Positions 45,813-58,673 of a DNA stretch of 64,000 nucleotides are shown piece after piece. Under the pieces are notes generated by a model that was not told the DNA's origin, did no database searches, and saw only the letters and a program-made list of their open reading frames with translations. Where the stretch lies: the NCBI GenBank assembly GCA_964016885.1, contig OZ024749.1, positions 45,694,001 to 45,758,000 on the forward strand. Direction: 5' to 3'. Position 1 is the first letter of the stretch; the number at the start of each line of letters is the position of its first letter. Origin of the DNA: Eledone cirrhosa. Taxonomy: Eukaryota. The translations under genes were made by a program, and so were the position numbers.

Positions 45813-45872
<60 letters not shown>

Positions 45873-46096
45873 AGTGTGTGTGTGTGTGTGTGTGTGTATT
45901 TGTTTATATAGATATATACACATGCTTGGGTGTATGTTCGCGTGGGTGTGTGGTTTTTATCACTTCTCTCTATAGAAGGTCAATATATTTTGTTTGCATT
46001 TTATTTTTCAGGATACTTTTTGTTCTCATTTTTATGTTATTCTCCTTATTCTCACTTCTAGAGAGACCTTGTTTGTCATTACCATTAACACTGACT

Positions 46097-46506
<410 letters not shown>

Positions 46507-47079
46507 ACATAAAAATAAAATAACAAAAAGAGAAACATATAAGAATAACATAAACATTGATAACGAATAGACAATGATACCAAATCTAACAATAGCAACA
46601 CAAGAAACCAACACAAAAACGACCATCACAACCTCATATAATATAACCAGACAAACAACAACGACATCAATATTTGTAAAATCCTTTGTTTATTTTTCGT
46701 TGTTTTATTTAGAAGTAAATTCCGACTGACATTCTGTAAAGAAAACAAATATCTGAAAAGGGGAATACAGATGCATCCTTTCCTCAAACTACGCCCCACT
46801 ACCACCACCACCACCATCACCACCATAGTGAATTCTACCTCTGCCGCTACCAGCACCACTGTTATTTCGGCAATATATATATATATTTTTTGCCTTCTAC
46901 GTTTCTTCTCATTCGGTCTTATAAAGCTACTCATGCTGCTGCTACTGCTGTTTCTGCCGCGCTGCTGCTGCTGCTGCTAATACTACTACTACTATTACTA
47001 CTACTACTAAATTCCCCTACCAACACCAACACCACCTACTAATAATATTAAAATAATTACCATTGTTTGAGGAATCATT

Positions 47080-47282
47080 ATTTGCCTTTCATCCTTACGG
47101 GGTCGACAAAATAAAGTACCAGTAATGTACTGAGTATTTGCTGGCCTTGTGCCAAACGTAAAAACAATTATTATTATTATTATTATTACGGCGTCGATGA
47201 AATAAAGCACCAGTAATTGCTGAGTAAGTAGCAGTAAGTACTGAGTAATTGCTGGCCTTGTGCTAAATGTAGAAAAGATTAT
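47080..47282 (+). mobile_element. Two 5'-truncated SINE 3' ends in (ATT)n
   Basis: tttgcctttcatccttacggggtcgac...gtaaaaacaattattatt, followed by a second tail. Confidence 0.8.
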
Positions 47283-47628
47283 TATTATTATTATCATTAT
47301 TATTATTGTTCTTTGAGTCTCAGTCATTGGTGTTATTTAACTGGAAAGTTTGTTGAAATGAATATCAAGCCGCTACCTGCAGCCTCAGATATTCAGGATG
47401 TACCGGAGGGTTCTTGCTGTTCCCAGCAAAAATGCCTTTTGAAGTGATCCAAAAAGCGGGGTGGACTAACTTTCTTTAACCATCCTTGGAAACTCTTTGA
47501 CATAGTAGCTAGTGCGCCTATGACAATCGGGACGGACTTCATGGCAGTTCCAAATCCTTTTTACCTCCCACCTTAATTGCTGGATCGGTTAATTTTCTCC
47601 TTCTCCTTTTCTTGCATTCTCGTGCATT
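47283..47628 (-). pseudogene. Dong/R4-type (RLE) non-LTR retrotransposon 3' end
   Basis: ARMQEKEKEKI...MKSVPIVIGALATMSKSFQGWLKKV..(frameshift)..GSLQKAFLLGTARTLRYILNI* with the stop at 47385-47387. Short 3' UTR, embedded in (TAA)n at both ends. Confidence 0.85.
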
Positions 47629-47972
47629 ATTATTATTATTAGTATTATTATGATTATTAGTATTAGAAGAAGAAGAAGAAGAAGAAGAAGAGGAGGACGA
47701 GGAGGAGGAGGAGGAGGGGGGAGGTAACAAAAAGAAGAAATAATAATGATAATTTTCAAGCCAACACCACTAGCCCACCCTCTCCCCAGACAACAATCTC
47801 TATGTCGATCCAACTACTTCTGTTCCCATTCTTTACTACCAGTGACATTGTCTTAGTTGTCACATCTATTTTTATTTATCTTCACACATTTCTTTTCTCT
47901 CGATCCACATTCATTAAAATTAAGATTTACAAAAACGAACGTATTTGGTCAAACCGATATAGATTTTATAAT

Positions 47973-48361
47973 TGTTTCTACTTTTGGCACAAGACCAGCA
48001 ATTACCCAGTACACTACTGGTACTTTATTTTATCGACCCCGTAAGTATGAAAGGCAAAGTTAACCTCGGCGGGATTTGAACTCAGAATGGCAAGGGCCGT
48101 AACTCTATGCGTCAAAGCATGGCGTCCAACCCTCTACCGATACTGCCAATTCACCGCCCTATAGATTTTATAATTGTTTCTACTTTTGGCACAAGGCCAG
48201 CAATTACCCAGTACACTACTGGTACTTTATTTTATCGACCCCGGAAGTACGACAGGCAAAGTTAACCTCGGCGGGATTTGAACTCAGAATGGCAAGGGCC
48301 GTAACTCTATGCGTCAAAGCATGGCGTCCAACCCTCTACCGATACTGCCAATTCACCGCCC
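47973..48361 (-). mobile_element. Tandem dimer of near-identical full-length SINEs
   Basis: Two units of about 202 bp, with tatagattttataat present before, between and after. Confidence 0.93.
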
Positions 48362-48443
48362 TATAGATTTTATAATGACACACATTCATGCTGCTCTGGA
48401 CAAACAAAATCATAGATTATATATATTTATATACACACATCTA

Positions 48444-48477
<34 letters not shown>

Positions 48478-48479
<2 letters not shown>

Positions 48480-48610
48480 GTAAACAGAAATAACAACACA
48501 ATCGGTACAGTATATGGAAGAAATATATAACAGGAAGGAATAAATAGCACCAAGAGGGTGTTAATCTTTCGGACGCTGGTCGTCCTTCGTCAGGAGAAAT
48601 AATGATTGAA
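48478..48610 (-). mobile_element. Family D element end with hammerhead-like motif
   Basis: Homologous to 18268-18395. Minus strand reads CTGACGA-a-ggacg(accag)cgtcc-GAAA-gattaac at about 48560-48593. Confidence 0.6.
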
Positions 48611-48749
48611 GGGCACATTTAAACGTGGCAGGACCCAACACTGTCCTGGTCTGAACACAGCAGATAGACCCCAGTACTGGACTGGTACTTGAGAGATACA
48701 AATATAAAAACAGACCATTCAACTCTCAGAAACAATTATTATTACATTA

Positions 48750-48940
48750 AAGGCGGTGGATTGGCAGTATCGGTAGAGGGTCGGATGCCATGCTTTCCAG
48801 GATAGTTACGTCCCTTAACGATCTGAGTTCAAATCCCGCCGAGGTTGACTTTCCCTTTCATCCTTACGGGGTCGATAAAATAAAGTACCAGTAATGCACT
48901 GGGTAATTGCTGGCCTTGTGCCAAAAGTAGGAACAATTAT
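48750..48940 (+). mobile_element. tRNA-SINE, full length
   Basis: Consensus match with flanking ttattacatt repeats. Confidence 0.92.
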
Positions 48941-49047
48941 TATTACATTTATATCGTAAAGAAATGTATGTTTCTTAAAATATCTGGCCTTAAATTTAGA
49001 AATGATTCTTGCTCCCATCCAGAATTCTTCTTCTCATAGACTATAAT

Positions 49048-49413
49048 TAATTATTTCTACTTTTGGCATAAGGCCAGCAATTATCACAGTGCATTACTGG
49101 TACTTTATCGACCACGTAAAGATGAAAGGAAAGGTTAACCTCTGCAGGATTTGAACTCAGACCATAAAGGACCTAACTCTTTGCAGCAAAGCATGGCATC
49201 CGACCCTCTGCCGATACTGCCAATCCACCGCCCCTTCATATTGACTATAATTAATTGTTTCTACTTTTGGCACAAGGCAGGCAAATTCCCCAGTGTATTA
49301 CTGGTACTTTCTTTGATCGACCTCGTAAGGATGAAAGGCAACGTTAAGCTCGGCGGGATTTGAACTCAGATCATAAAGGGACGTAACTCAATGCTTCAAA
49401 GCATAGTGTCCGA
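49048..49413 (-). mobile_element. Two tandem but divergent SINEs
   Basis: 49048-49234 and 49252-49413, each preceded by gactataattaatt. Confidence 0.88.
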
Positions 49414-49760
49414 TGTGCTCATTGCCTCATTTGCATGATTTAATATATTCATGGAATAATATTTAATTTTTCATATATGTATTCGTCTTAGTTATGTTTT
49501 TCTTTTCATACAAGTATTCATTATAGGTATGTATTTTTGCAATTAATGTTTATTTATCTATATACATATAGGAAGCAAAGCTAGCTTTGAGATTTGTATC
49601 ATAATATCTGCAATGGGTCTTCCGTCTCCATATAATTTCCCAATTTTGCTTACATTAGATTTTATGTTTCACCCACATTAATACATTCATCTGATATGTG
49701 GGTGGTCTTAGCATAGATCATATGCGCACACACACATGCACACACATACACACACACACA

Positions 49761-49801
<41 letters not shown>

Positions 49802-49819
49802 CTACACAAACAAACACAC

Positions 49820-49886
<67 letters not shown>

Positions 49887-50016
49887 TAGATAGATATATA
49901 TATATATACTACAGACATACAGACATACACCCACAGACACCTACGTATACATATACATACATATATATATAGATATATGTATATATATATATGTATGCAT
50001 ATATATATATATGTGA

Positions 50017-50097
<81 letters not shown>

Positions 50098-50460
50098 TAA
50101 GAATGAATATTTATTTATTTATATCTAGCTTGTTTCTTTCTCTCCATTCGCCATCGAGAACGTTTTGCATATCTGTTCTAACGTATTCATGTATATACGT
50201 ATATATGTACGTACGTATGTATGTATGTATGTATGTACGTACGTATGTATGTATGTACGTACGTATGTATGTATGTATCTATGTAAGCATGTATGTATGT
50301 ATGTATGTATGTATGTATGTATGTATGTACGTGTGTGAATGTCTTCATTTCTGACGTATCGAGAAGTAATCCCATAAATGATTTAGTAGAAAGATGTACG
50401 ATACAGTGGACAACATTTGAAAGAAAAGATTTTGTAACAAAGGAAAATAGTGTGAAAGAA

Positions 50461-50537
<77 letters not shown>

Positions 50538-50744
50538 GTGTGTGTGTATTTATATATGAATGTATGACTGTATGTATATATACATACGTATGTGTGAACA
50601 TATATATTTATTTATATACATATAAGTATATATATATGTGTATATGTATATATATATATGTATATGTATATGTATATATATTCATTAATATCTTTGTGTG
50701 TATGTCTGTGTGTGTTTATATATACATCCATCCATTCATACATG

Positions 50745-50822
<78 letters not shown>

Positions 50823-51142
50823 AGTGTGTATGTATGCATGTGTGTGTTTGCAAGTGTGCGTATGTGTGTGTGTATAAATATAGATGTGTGATAATATAAA
50901 ACTATCCGACGACAATTTTGTCAGCTGCTGAATCAGAATTTCACAGCAACAACTCTCTCGCCTGTCCCTCTTAAGATGTGGTTGAAAGACAGTGATAGAT
51001 AGGTTTGAGTTTCCATCTTCATGCATGTCTTTCTAAACGCTAAATCATTTCTTTGTAAATTTTACTATTTCACTAATGCCCCCTACATTTCCCCTGCTTC
51101 TTCATCCATCCACTATATATATATATATATATACACACACAC

Positions 51143-51202
<60 letters not shown>

Positions 51203-51460
51203 TTTGTTTTTCACTTCTCTGTAGTGCCCTGTCGTGAAGAATGGAGATTGCCGTGAAATGACAATACAACCCATGTGTGTTTGTATGTGTTTTTTTGTAT
51301 GGATGTGTATATGAATGAGAGAGGGAGAGGGGCGGTAAATAGGGAGGAGAGAAAGAGAGAGTCGGTAAAGAGTCGGGAGAATGAGGGAGATTGATAATGT
51401 GAGAATGAATGAGAAGGAAATAGAGAGAGGACGTGAAAGAGAGAAACACGGTGACAGGAA

Positions 51461-51497
<37 letters not shown>

Positions 51498-51512
51498 ATA
51501 TGTATATATGTA

Positions 51513-51650
<138 letters not shown>

Positions 51651-52134
51651 TTAATTCACAGAATTAAGAAGGGAGAATACATGACGTCAGCCTCTTTAAA
51701 ATATGATGAAGGAGCTTTTCAGTTGTCTTGAGATGGGCATCAATGGAGCCAAAACCGACAAGAGACTTGCCAAGAATGACGACAACGACAACAGACGTAA
51801 CGACAGCGATCGGTTACGGTTTAAGATGAAAATAACGATGACAATTATGAGGACGATTTACGATAGGTGATGAAGGAAAAGTAACGTCATTCTCTGATAT
51901 ATCATAATTGTAGCCAGTGATAGAGTGTTTGTCAGAAAGAAAAAAAAAATTTCCCAAAAGCCTCTATCTTGTCTTCAAATATGACACGATAATATGACAG
52001 GAAAGTTATATTATTATTAGTACTTTTGAGGTTGTTGTTACTTTGGAATCGTTGGGGCTCTTGGGGATATTGTTGTTAGATTTGATTGTTGTTTGCACAC
52101 ACACACACACATACACACACAATCCGAGACACAC

Positions 52135-52168
<34 letters not shown>

Positions 52169-52331
52169 CGTTGCCGATACATCTTGTAGTTAGTAATACC
52201 AAATCACATATCTAAAGTTTTATATATAAATTTGAGTGCAACTTGAATTGAATCCATTTTTTTAAATTTATTTTATTATTATCATCAACAATATTATTAG
52301 TAGTATTGTTGGTGTCGTAATCATTATCATT

Positions 52332-52514
52332 GGATTGGCAGTATCGGTAGAGGGTCGGACGCCATGCTTTCAAACATAGTTACGTCCCTTTACGATCTGA
52401 GTTCAAATTCCGCTGAGGTTAACTTTGCCTTTCATCCCTACGGCGTCGATAAAATAAAGCACCATTTATGCACTGGGTAATTGCTGGCCTTGTGCCTAAA
52501 GTAGAAACAATTAT
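52332..52514 (+). mobile_element. tRNA-SINE
   Basis: Consensus match. Confidence 0.9.
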
Positions 52515-52926
52515 TTACTTGCTTGGGCAAGTAAAAAGAGGAAGTTCTCCCTATATACGCCTCTCTTTCGCATTCTTTTTCTCTCTATCTCTCTTTCTTT
52601 GTATTTGACTATGTTGTGAACAAAGGTTTCCGAGACATTCCTCTATGTCTAAACTGTAGTCAGCGTCTTCAAATGCTACCACTTGAAGAGGGAGGTGATG
52701 ATAGCTGAGACGGTAGAGTTTTTCTCCCGGTGAAAGTGGCATTCATGTACTGGGTGAATTGGACTGATCTCACCAGGCGCTTGTACATCGTGGACAGCGG
52801 TTTGAAAGCGGGAATTTGACGCTGGTAGTTACGGCCCTCTGTGATGGGATATAAGTTGAATGGTGATTCTCTATAGACAGTGTTTAAACAAATGGGATAT
52901 TCTGATTTCAATATATATATATATAT

Positions 52927-53128
52927 ATAGGAACAAGTAAGACCCCGACGGCTGAGCTCAAGCCGTTTCGACGGTACTGAATGTACATTCAGTACAGATT
53001 TAACCGTCTAAACGGCTTGAGCTCAGCCGTCGGGGTCTTACTTGTTCCTATTACCCACTCTACTACCCCAAGTATTGAGTACTTTGGTGCGTTATGGTCC
53101 ACCTGGTTCCTTACCACATTTCCTCCGT

Positions 53129-53130
<2 letters not shown>
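52927..53130 (+). mobile_element. Family A asymmetric hairpin element in (TA)n
   Basis: Short arm 52927-52974, 22-bp central palindrome gtactgaatgtacattcagtac (52974-52995), long arm plus tail to 53130. Confidence 0.82.
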
Positions 53131-53157
<27 letters not shown>

Positions 53158-53161
<4 letters not shown>

Positions 53162-53543
53162 AAATATGTGAGATCCTTGGTACAGTTAGGTATATTTGAA
53201 AAAAAGAAATATAATTACTTCGCGGGTAGTTCTAGTTTCATTTAATTTTATAATATTATAATATTATGCGTTGGTAGATCTAGTAAGTTTTTTTGTTAAC
53301 TTCGGTGGTAAGATTTTTAAAGATTCCTAGTTAACTTTGCGGGAGAACTGATCTCAGTTTGAGAATCGCCACTGACGAATGCGAGAATGTTCTCCAGGAA
53401 GGTTAACCAGGAATCTTTAAAAATCTTCCCACCGAAGTTAACCAAGAACTTACTAGATCTACCAACTTATACTATTATAATATTATAAAATTACATCAAA
53501 TTATTTAGAACTGCAAGTGAAGTAATTATTTTCCTTTTTGTTT

Positions 53544-53551
<8 letters not shown>
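53158..53551. mobile_element. Asymmetric inverted-repeat element in (TA)n (family F) with hammerhead relic
   Basis: Tail 53158-53190, arms 53191-53348 and 53389-53551. CTGACGA at 53372. The arms start gttctcc..(G)AAA-gttaac-TA. Confidence 0.75.
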
Positions 53552-53587
<36 letters not shown>

Positions 53588-53934
53588 AAAACTAGGGATT
53601 TATTTGCATTTTGAAAAGCCATCAGAGTGTATATGCGTGAAAATTACCCACGGAGGTGTAAATAATGGAAGAGGGCCCACCCATTAGAATCAGGCCTCGC
53701 ATCTGCTATATATCGTGCGCGACGGCGTCTTGCCCAATGCTTCGAAAATGCATTCAGTAATTATTTATATTAGTTTTCAGTGTTTTTCATATTTTTGCCC
53801 TAATTCGATATAAAATCTCCACCACTGACATTGAGACGAATGAAAGAACAAATACCCAATACGAACACACACGCACACCTACATGTATGTGTGTGAGAGA
53901 ATGCCTGGTGCACGTGAGTACATGTGTGTGTGTG

Positions 53935-53989
<55 letters not shown>

Positions 53990-54504
53990 CAATGAGAATC
54001 TAAGAAAACACTTTGGATCTTACCGCAGAATCGAATATATTATGGGGAATGTGTGAGAACGTCAAGGAATCGTTGTATATTGTGATGTATCTGAATTTGT
54101 GTTTGACGGTGTGTCTGAGTGTGTGTGTATGTGTGTCTGTGTGTGTGTGGATGTGTGTGTATATGCGTGTGTGTATGTGTGCCTGTGTGTGTGTCTGCAT
54201 GTGTGTGGATGTGTGTGCGTGTGTGTGTGTGTATGTGTGTGTTGTTTGTATATCTGTCAGATTCCTTATACACTACAGCCGTATGTTTTAAATGGAATTA
54301 ACAATATCATGCAATATCTTGCAGAAATTCTATTGACAAACGAAATAGCGAAAAAAGGAAGAAAAAGAATAATCAGGAAGAAAAAAAAAAACAATGATGA
54401 ATGAATATAAAATTGAATGTGTAAGAAGATAAATAAATACAGGAATGAATGAGGGAATAAGATGATTGAAAATATTAGTGACACATATGAAAGTATTAAT
54501 AATG

Positions 54505-55050
<546 letters not shown>

Positions 55051-55178
55051 ATGTGTATGTGTGTCTGGTTGTGAGAGTGTGTAAGAACGATCTGAAAACT
55101 TCACAAGGGTAACATCTTAGGAGTGTAGATATGATATCTTTTGTCAACTTACTTTTTGCACATCACATACACACAGAT

Positions 55179-55217
<39 letters not shown>

Positions 55218-55480
55218 CATACACGTACACACACATACACATACACACCCCCACACACATACTTATATATATATATATATATATGGAAATAATTTCATTT
55301 CCTCCATTTTGTCGGTTTGTAATTCAATTTTCTGTTTTAACATTTAAAATACAATAGACATCATATTTTTTTCCTATTTTATGTAACATAGCATTTTCTA
55401 TTTTTTTCATATAGACACGCAAGATTTCACACACATATACATACACATACACATACAGACACACATACACACACACACTA

Positions 55481-55518
<38 letters not shown>

Positions 55519-56853
55519 TGTGTGTGCATGTGTGTGCATCAGTGTGCATGTATGTGTGTTTTTGAAACGTTATGTGTGGATGCATGTGTTTCTTCTTTTC
55601 TATGTGCAGTATTGCATTAAACTGCAACTGCAGTGATTAATAATGCGCTGCAACTCAGTGGCTGGACATAGCAAGTAGAATTCAATTTGACAATGCCTAA
55701 CAATGAATACAAAGGTAACCTAATTATTCTTGCCTTGTTGTTAACGTTTTTTGTTAGGTGTAGGGTGTTGCCCACCCCCCCCCCCCCCCCCCCCTTGTGT
55801 TTTTTTTTGGGCTTTCTTATTCTCTAGAGATTTTTGTGTAAAATATTCGGCAAAAAATGGTCTTATTAGCATTGCATGTATTATTATTATTATTTTTGTT
55901 TTTATTTTGTTTATTTGATTCCATGTTTTATGTTGCTATCGCTGTTGTTTTGGTCATTTTTGTGATAGTTGTTACGGCTACTGCTTTGTTGTCGTTGTTG
56001 TTGTTGTAGCTGCAAAAAATATGTTGATGTCACCAACTGTCGCTAATCATTTGCTTGTGGTTTAATTCATCTTCTTTCTGTCGCTACCGCTGAGAAGTTT
56101 TGTCATCATACAATAATAAATTACCATACTAACTTTATTCCTAAACAATGTATTTTATTTAAGTCTACACTATCTAATGGCTCACACATTGTACTCCTCA
56201 TATAGAGAATAGTTAATCGTATGTTCCTTGTTGTCTACAACATGCGACTCGTGGGACTCAATAATTAATTAAGTGAACTAAATACTAGCGAAAATTAATT
56301 ATACAAACTGCATAATCCGAGATAGTATAAAGTAACAAGATATATATATTCAACTCGGACTGAAAAAAGGTGGATAACAAATAAGCCTGAAACCTATCAG
56401 GTCGGTACATAGATGGGCAGATTTTATTGATATATTTTATAAGTGTCAAGTATGTTTGATCACACATATCTTTAATAGCTAAAATCTTTATTTGTACATT
56501 TTCATTAGTATATTTTCAAATCAGTTGCAGTTGAGTGAATGTCACTGATCAGAGTTTAAGGAATCTTGAACAACTCAGCCTTGTTATTAATAAGTATGCA
56601 TACTTACACAAACACACACATACGCATAAATATATATATGTGTGTGTCTATGTGAGAGAGAGTTTGTGTGTGTGTGTGTATATGTGTGTGAAAGTGCGAG
56701 AGCATGTGCATATCTAGGTGAAAGCAGTGATTTATCTTCGGGAACGATGCTAAATTCAAAAAAAATTAATTAATATAACGTAATTCTCTTTAATAGGTAT
56801 ACGTTAATGTATACGTGAACAAGTCGAAAAACGTATATATATATATATATTTG

Positions 56854-56929
<76 letters not shown>

Positions 56930-56930
56930 T

Positions 56931-57312
56931 TTTGAGTATATGTTGGTTGTATACCAACACCTAGTATGCAGGCTGGAGCACTCGACGAAGTACGCAGGTT
57001 GGTTTGGTTACTCCGGAGTAATGTAAAATAAAGTTAAATAAAAAGTCAAATGTTTAAAATTTAGCTTCGTTTATTGCTGCTTATATATATTACAGTGACA
57101 GCCATCTTTGGCTGTGACCTCTTCAGGCAGTTTGAATTAGTGTGGTATAGACAAGTACATATGTTGTTATACACCTCAACAACATATGTACTTGTCTATA
57201 CCACACTAATTCAAACTGCCTGAAGAGGTCACAGCCAAAGATGGCTGTCACTGAAATATATATAGCAGCAATAAACGAAGCTAAATTTTAAACATTTGAC
57301 TTTTTCTTTAAC

Positions 57313-57313
<1 letters not shown>
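56931..57313. mobile_element. Asymmetric near-perfect palindromic element (family G)
   Basis: Tail 56931-57031, arms 57032-57168 and 57178-57313, 9-nt loop atacacctc. Flanked by (TA)n/(GA)n. Confidence 0.88.
57216..57268 (+). ncRNA. Minimal type I hammerhead ribozyme, intact core
   Basis: ctgc-CTGAAGA-ggtcacagcca(aaga)tggctgtcact-GAAA-tatata-TA-gcag. Predicted cleavage after 57264. The mirror copy on the minus strand has GAAA changed to GTAA. Confidence 0.85.
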
Positions 57314-57367
<54 letters not shown>

Positions 57368-57377
57368 TATATATACA

Positions 57378-57566
57378 TAATTTTTTCTACTTTTGGCACA
57401 AGGCCACCAATTACCCAGTACATTACTGGTACTTTATTTTATCGACACCGTAAGGATGAAAGGAAAAGTTAACCTCGGCCGGATTTGAACTCAGACCGTA
57501 AAGGGATGTAACAATGCTAGAAAACATGGCGTCCACCCTCTAGCGATACTGCAAATTCCCCCGCCC
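57378..57566 (-). mobile_element. tRNA-SINE
   Basis: Consensus match. Confidence 0.9.
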
Positions 57567-57863
57567 ATATATATATAATATATATTAATAATGTGAGGCA
57601 ATGCAGAGATTTGATGTCGTCGATCTACTTAATATAAATACTATCCCTCTTGGTAATTTAATAATATTTCTCTCACTGACATGAATCATTGCTCTTTCTT
57701 TTATCAGATTTTCCGTTTTAACATGCATATTCTTTGTGCTCCCATTATATATAACTAACGTTGCGTTCAATTCAAGACGCCATCTTCATTTCTTCTGTGG
57801 GAATGCGTTATATGTGTATGCACCTATATATATATATATATACATATATATATACACATATAC

Positions 57864-57969
<106 letters not shown>

Positions 57970-58295
57970 GTATATAAAAATTAAATTCGAATTTTATTTC
58001 TCGCATACTTATATATATATATACATATATATTGGTCGTCAAGTAGGAAAGGTGTATATATTTCTTTTTTTCCTACACATTTTTACAAATTTCATAATTG
58101 ACGACCCAATATAATCTGCGTGTGTGTATGTGTGGGTGTCTTTACTTGGATCGATAGATACTTATTTTAAAAGGTTTGTTTATGATTCGTGTGTTCTTTA
58201 AGAGTGACACGTCTCCATATTATATATATACATATATATACATACACACACACAATATATATATATATATATAAAAATAATAATAATAATAATAA

Positions 58296-58458
58296 TAATT
58301 GTTTCTACTTTTGGCACAAGGCCAGCAAAACACCAGTACATTACTGTACTGTATTTTATCGACCCCGTTAGGATGAAAGGCAAAGTTAACCTCGGCGGGA
58401 TTTGAACTCAGACCGTAAAGGAAAGTAACTATGCTGGAAAGCATGGCGTCCGACTCTC

Positions 58459-58510
<52 letters not shown>

Positions 58511-58673
58511 TGTTTCTACGTTAGGCACAAGGCCAGCCCAATTACTCAGTGCATTACTGGTACTTTATTTTATCGACCCCCGTAAGGATGAAAGGTAAAG
58601 TCAACCTCGCGGGATTTGAACTCAGATCGTAAAGGGACGTATCTATGCTGGAAAGCATGGCGTCCGACCCTCT
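58296..58673 (-). mobile_element. Two 5'-truncated SINEs in (AAT)n
   Basis: 58296-58460 and 58508-58673. Both are truncated at ...ctcta and separated by (AAT)n. Confidence 0.9.

Noticed and set aside
47958-49413. Regularly repeated units resembling a CRISPR-like array
   Set aside because: The units are about 190-bp SINEs with TSDs in eukaryotic DNA, with no repeat-spacer structure or cas genes.
55774-55808. Poly-C followed by poly-T run
   Set aside because: Simple homopolymers with G4 potential only, and no further support.
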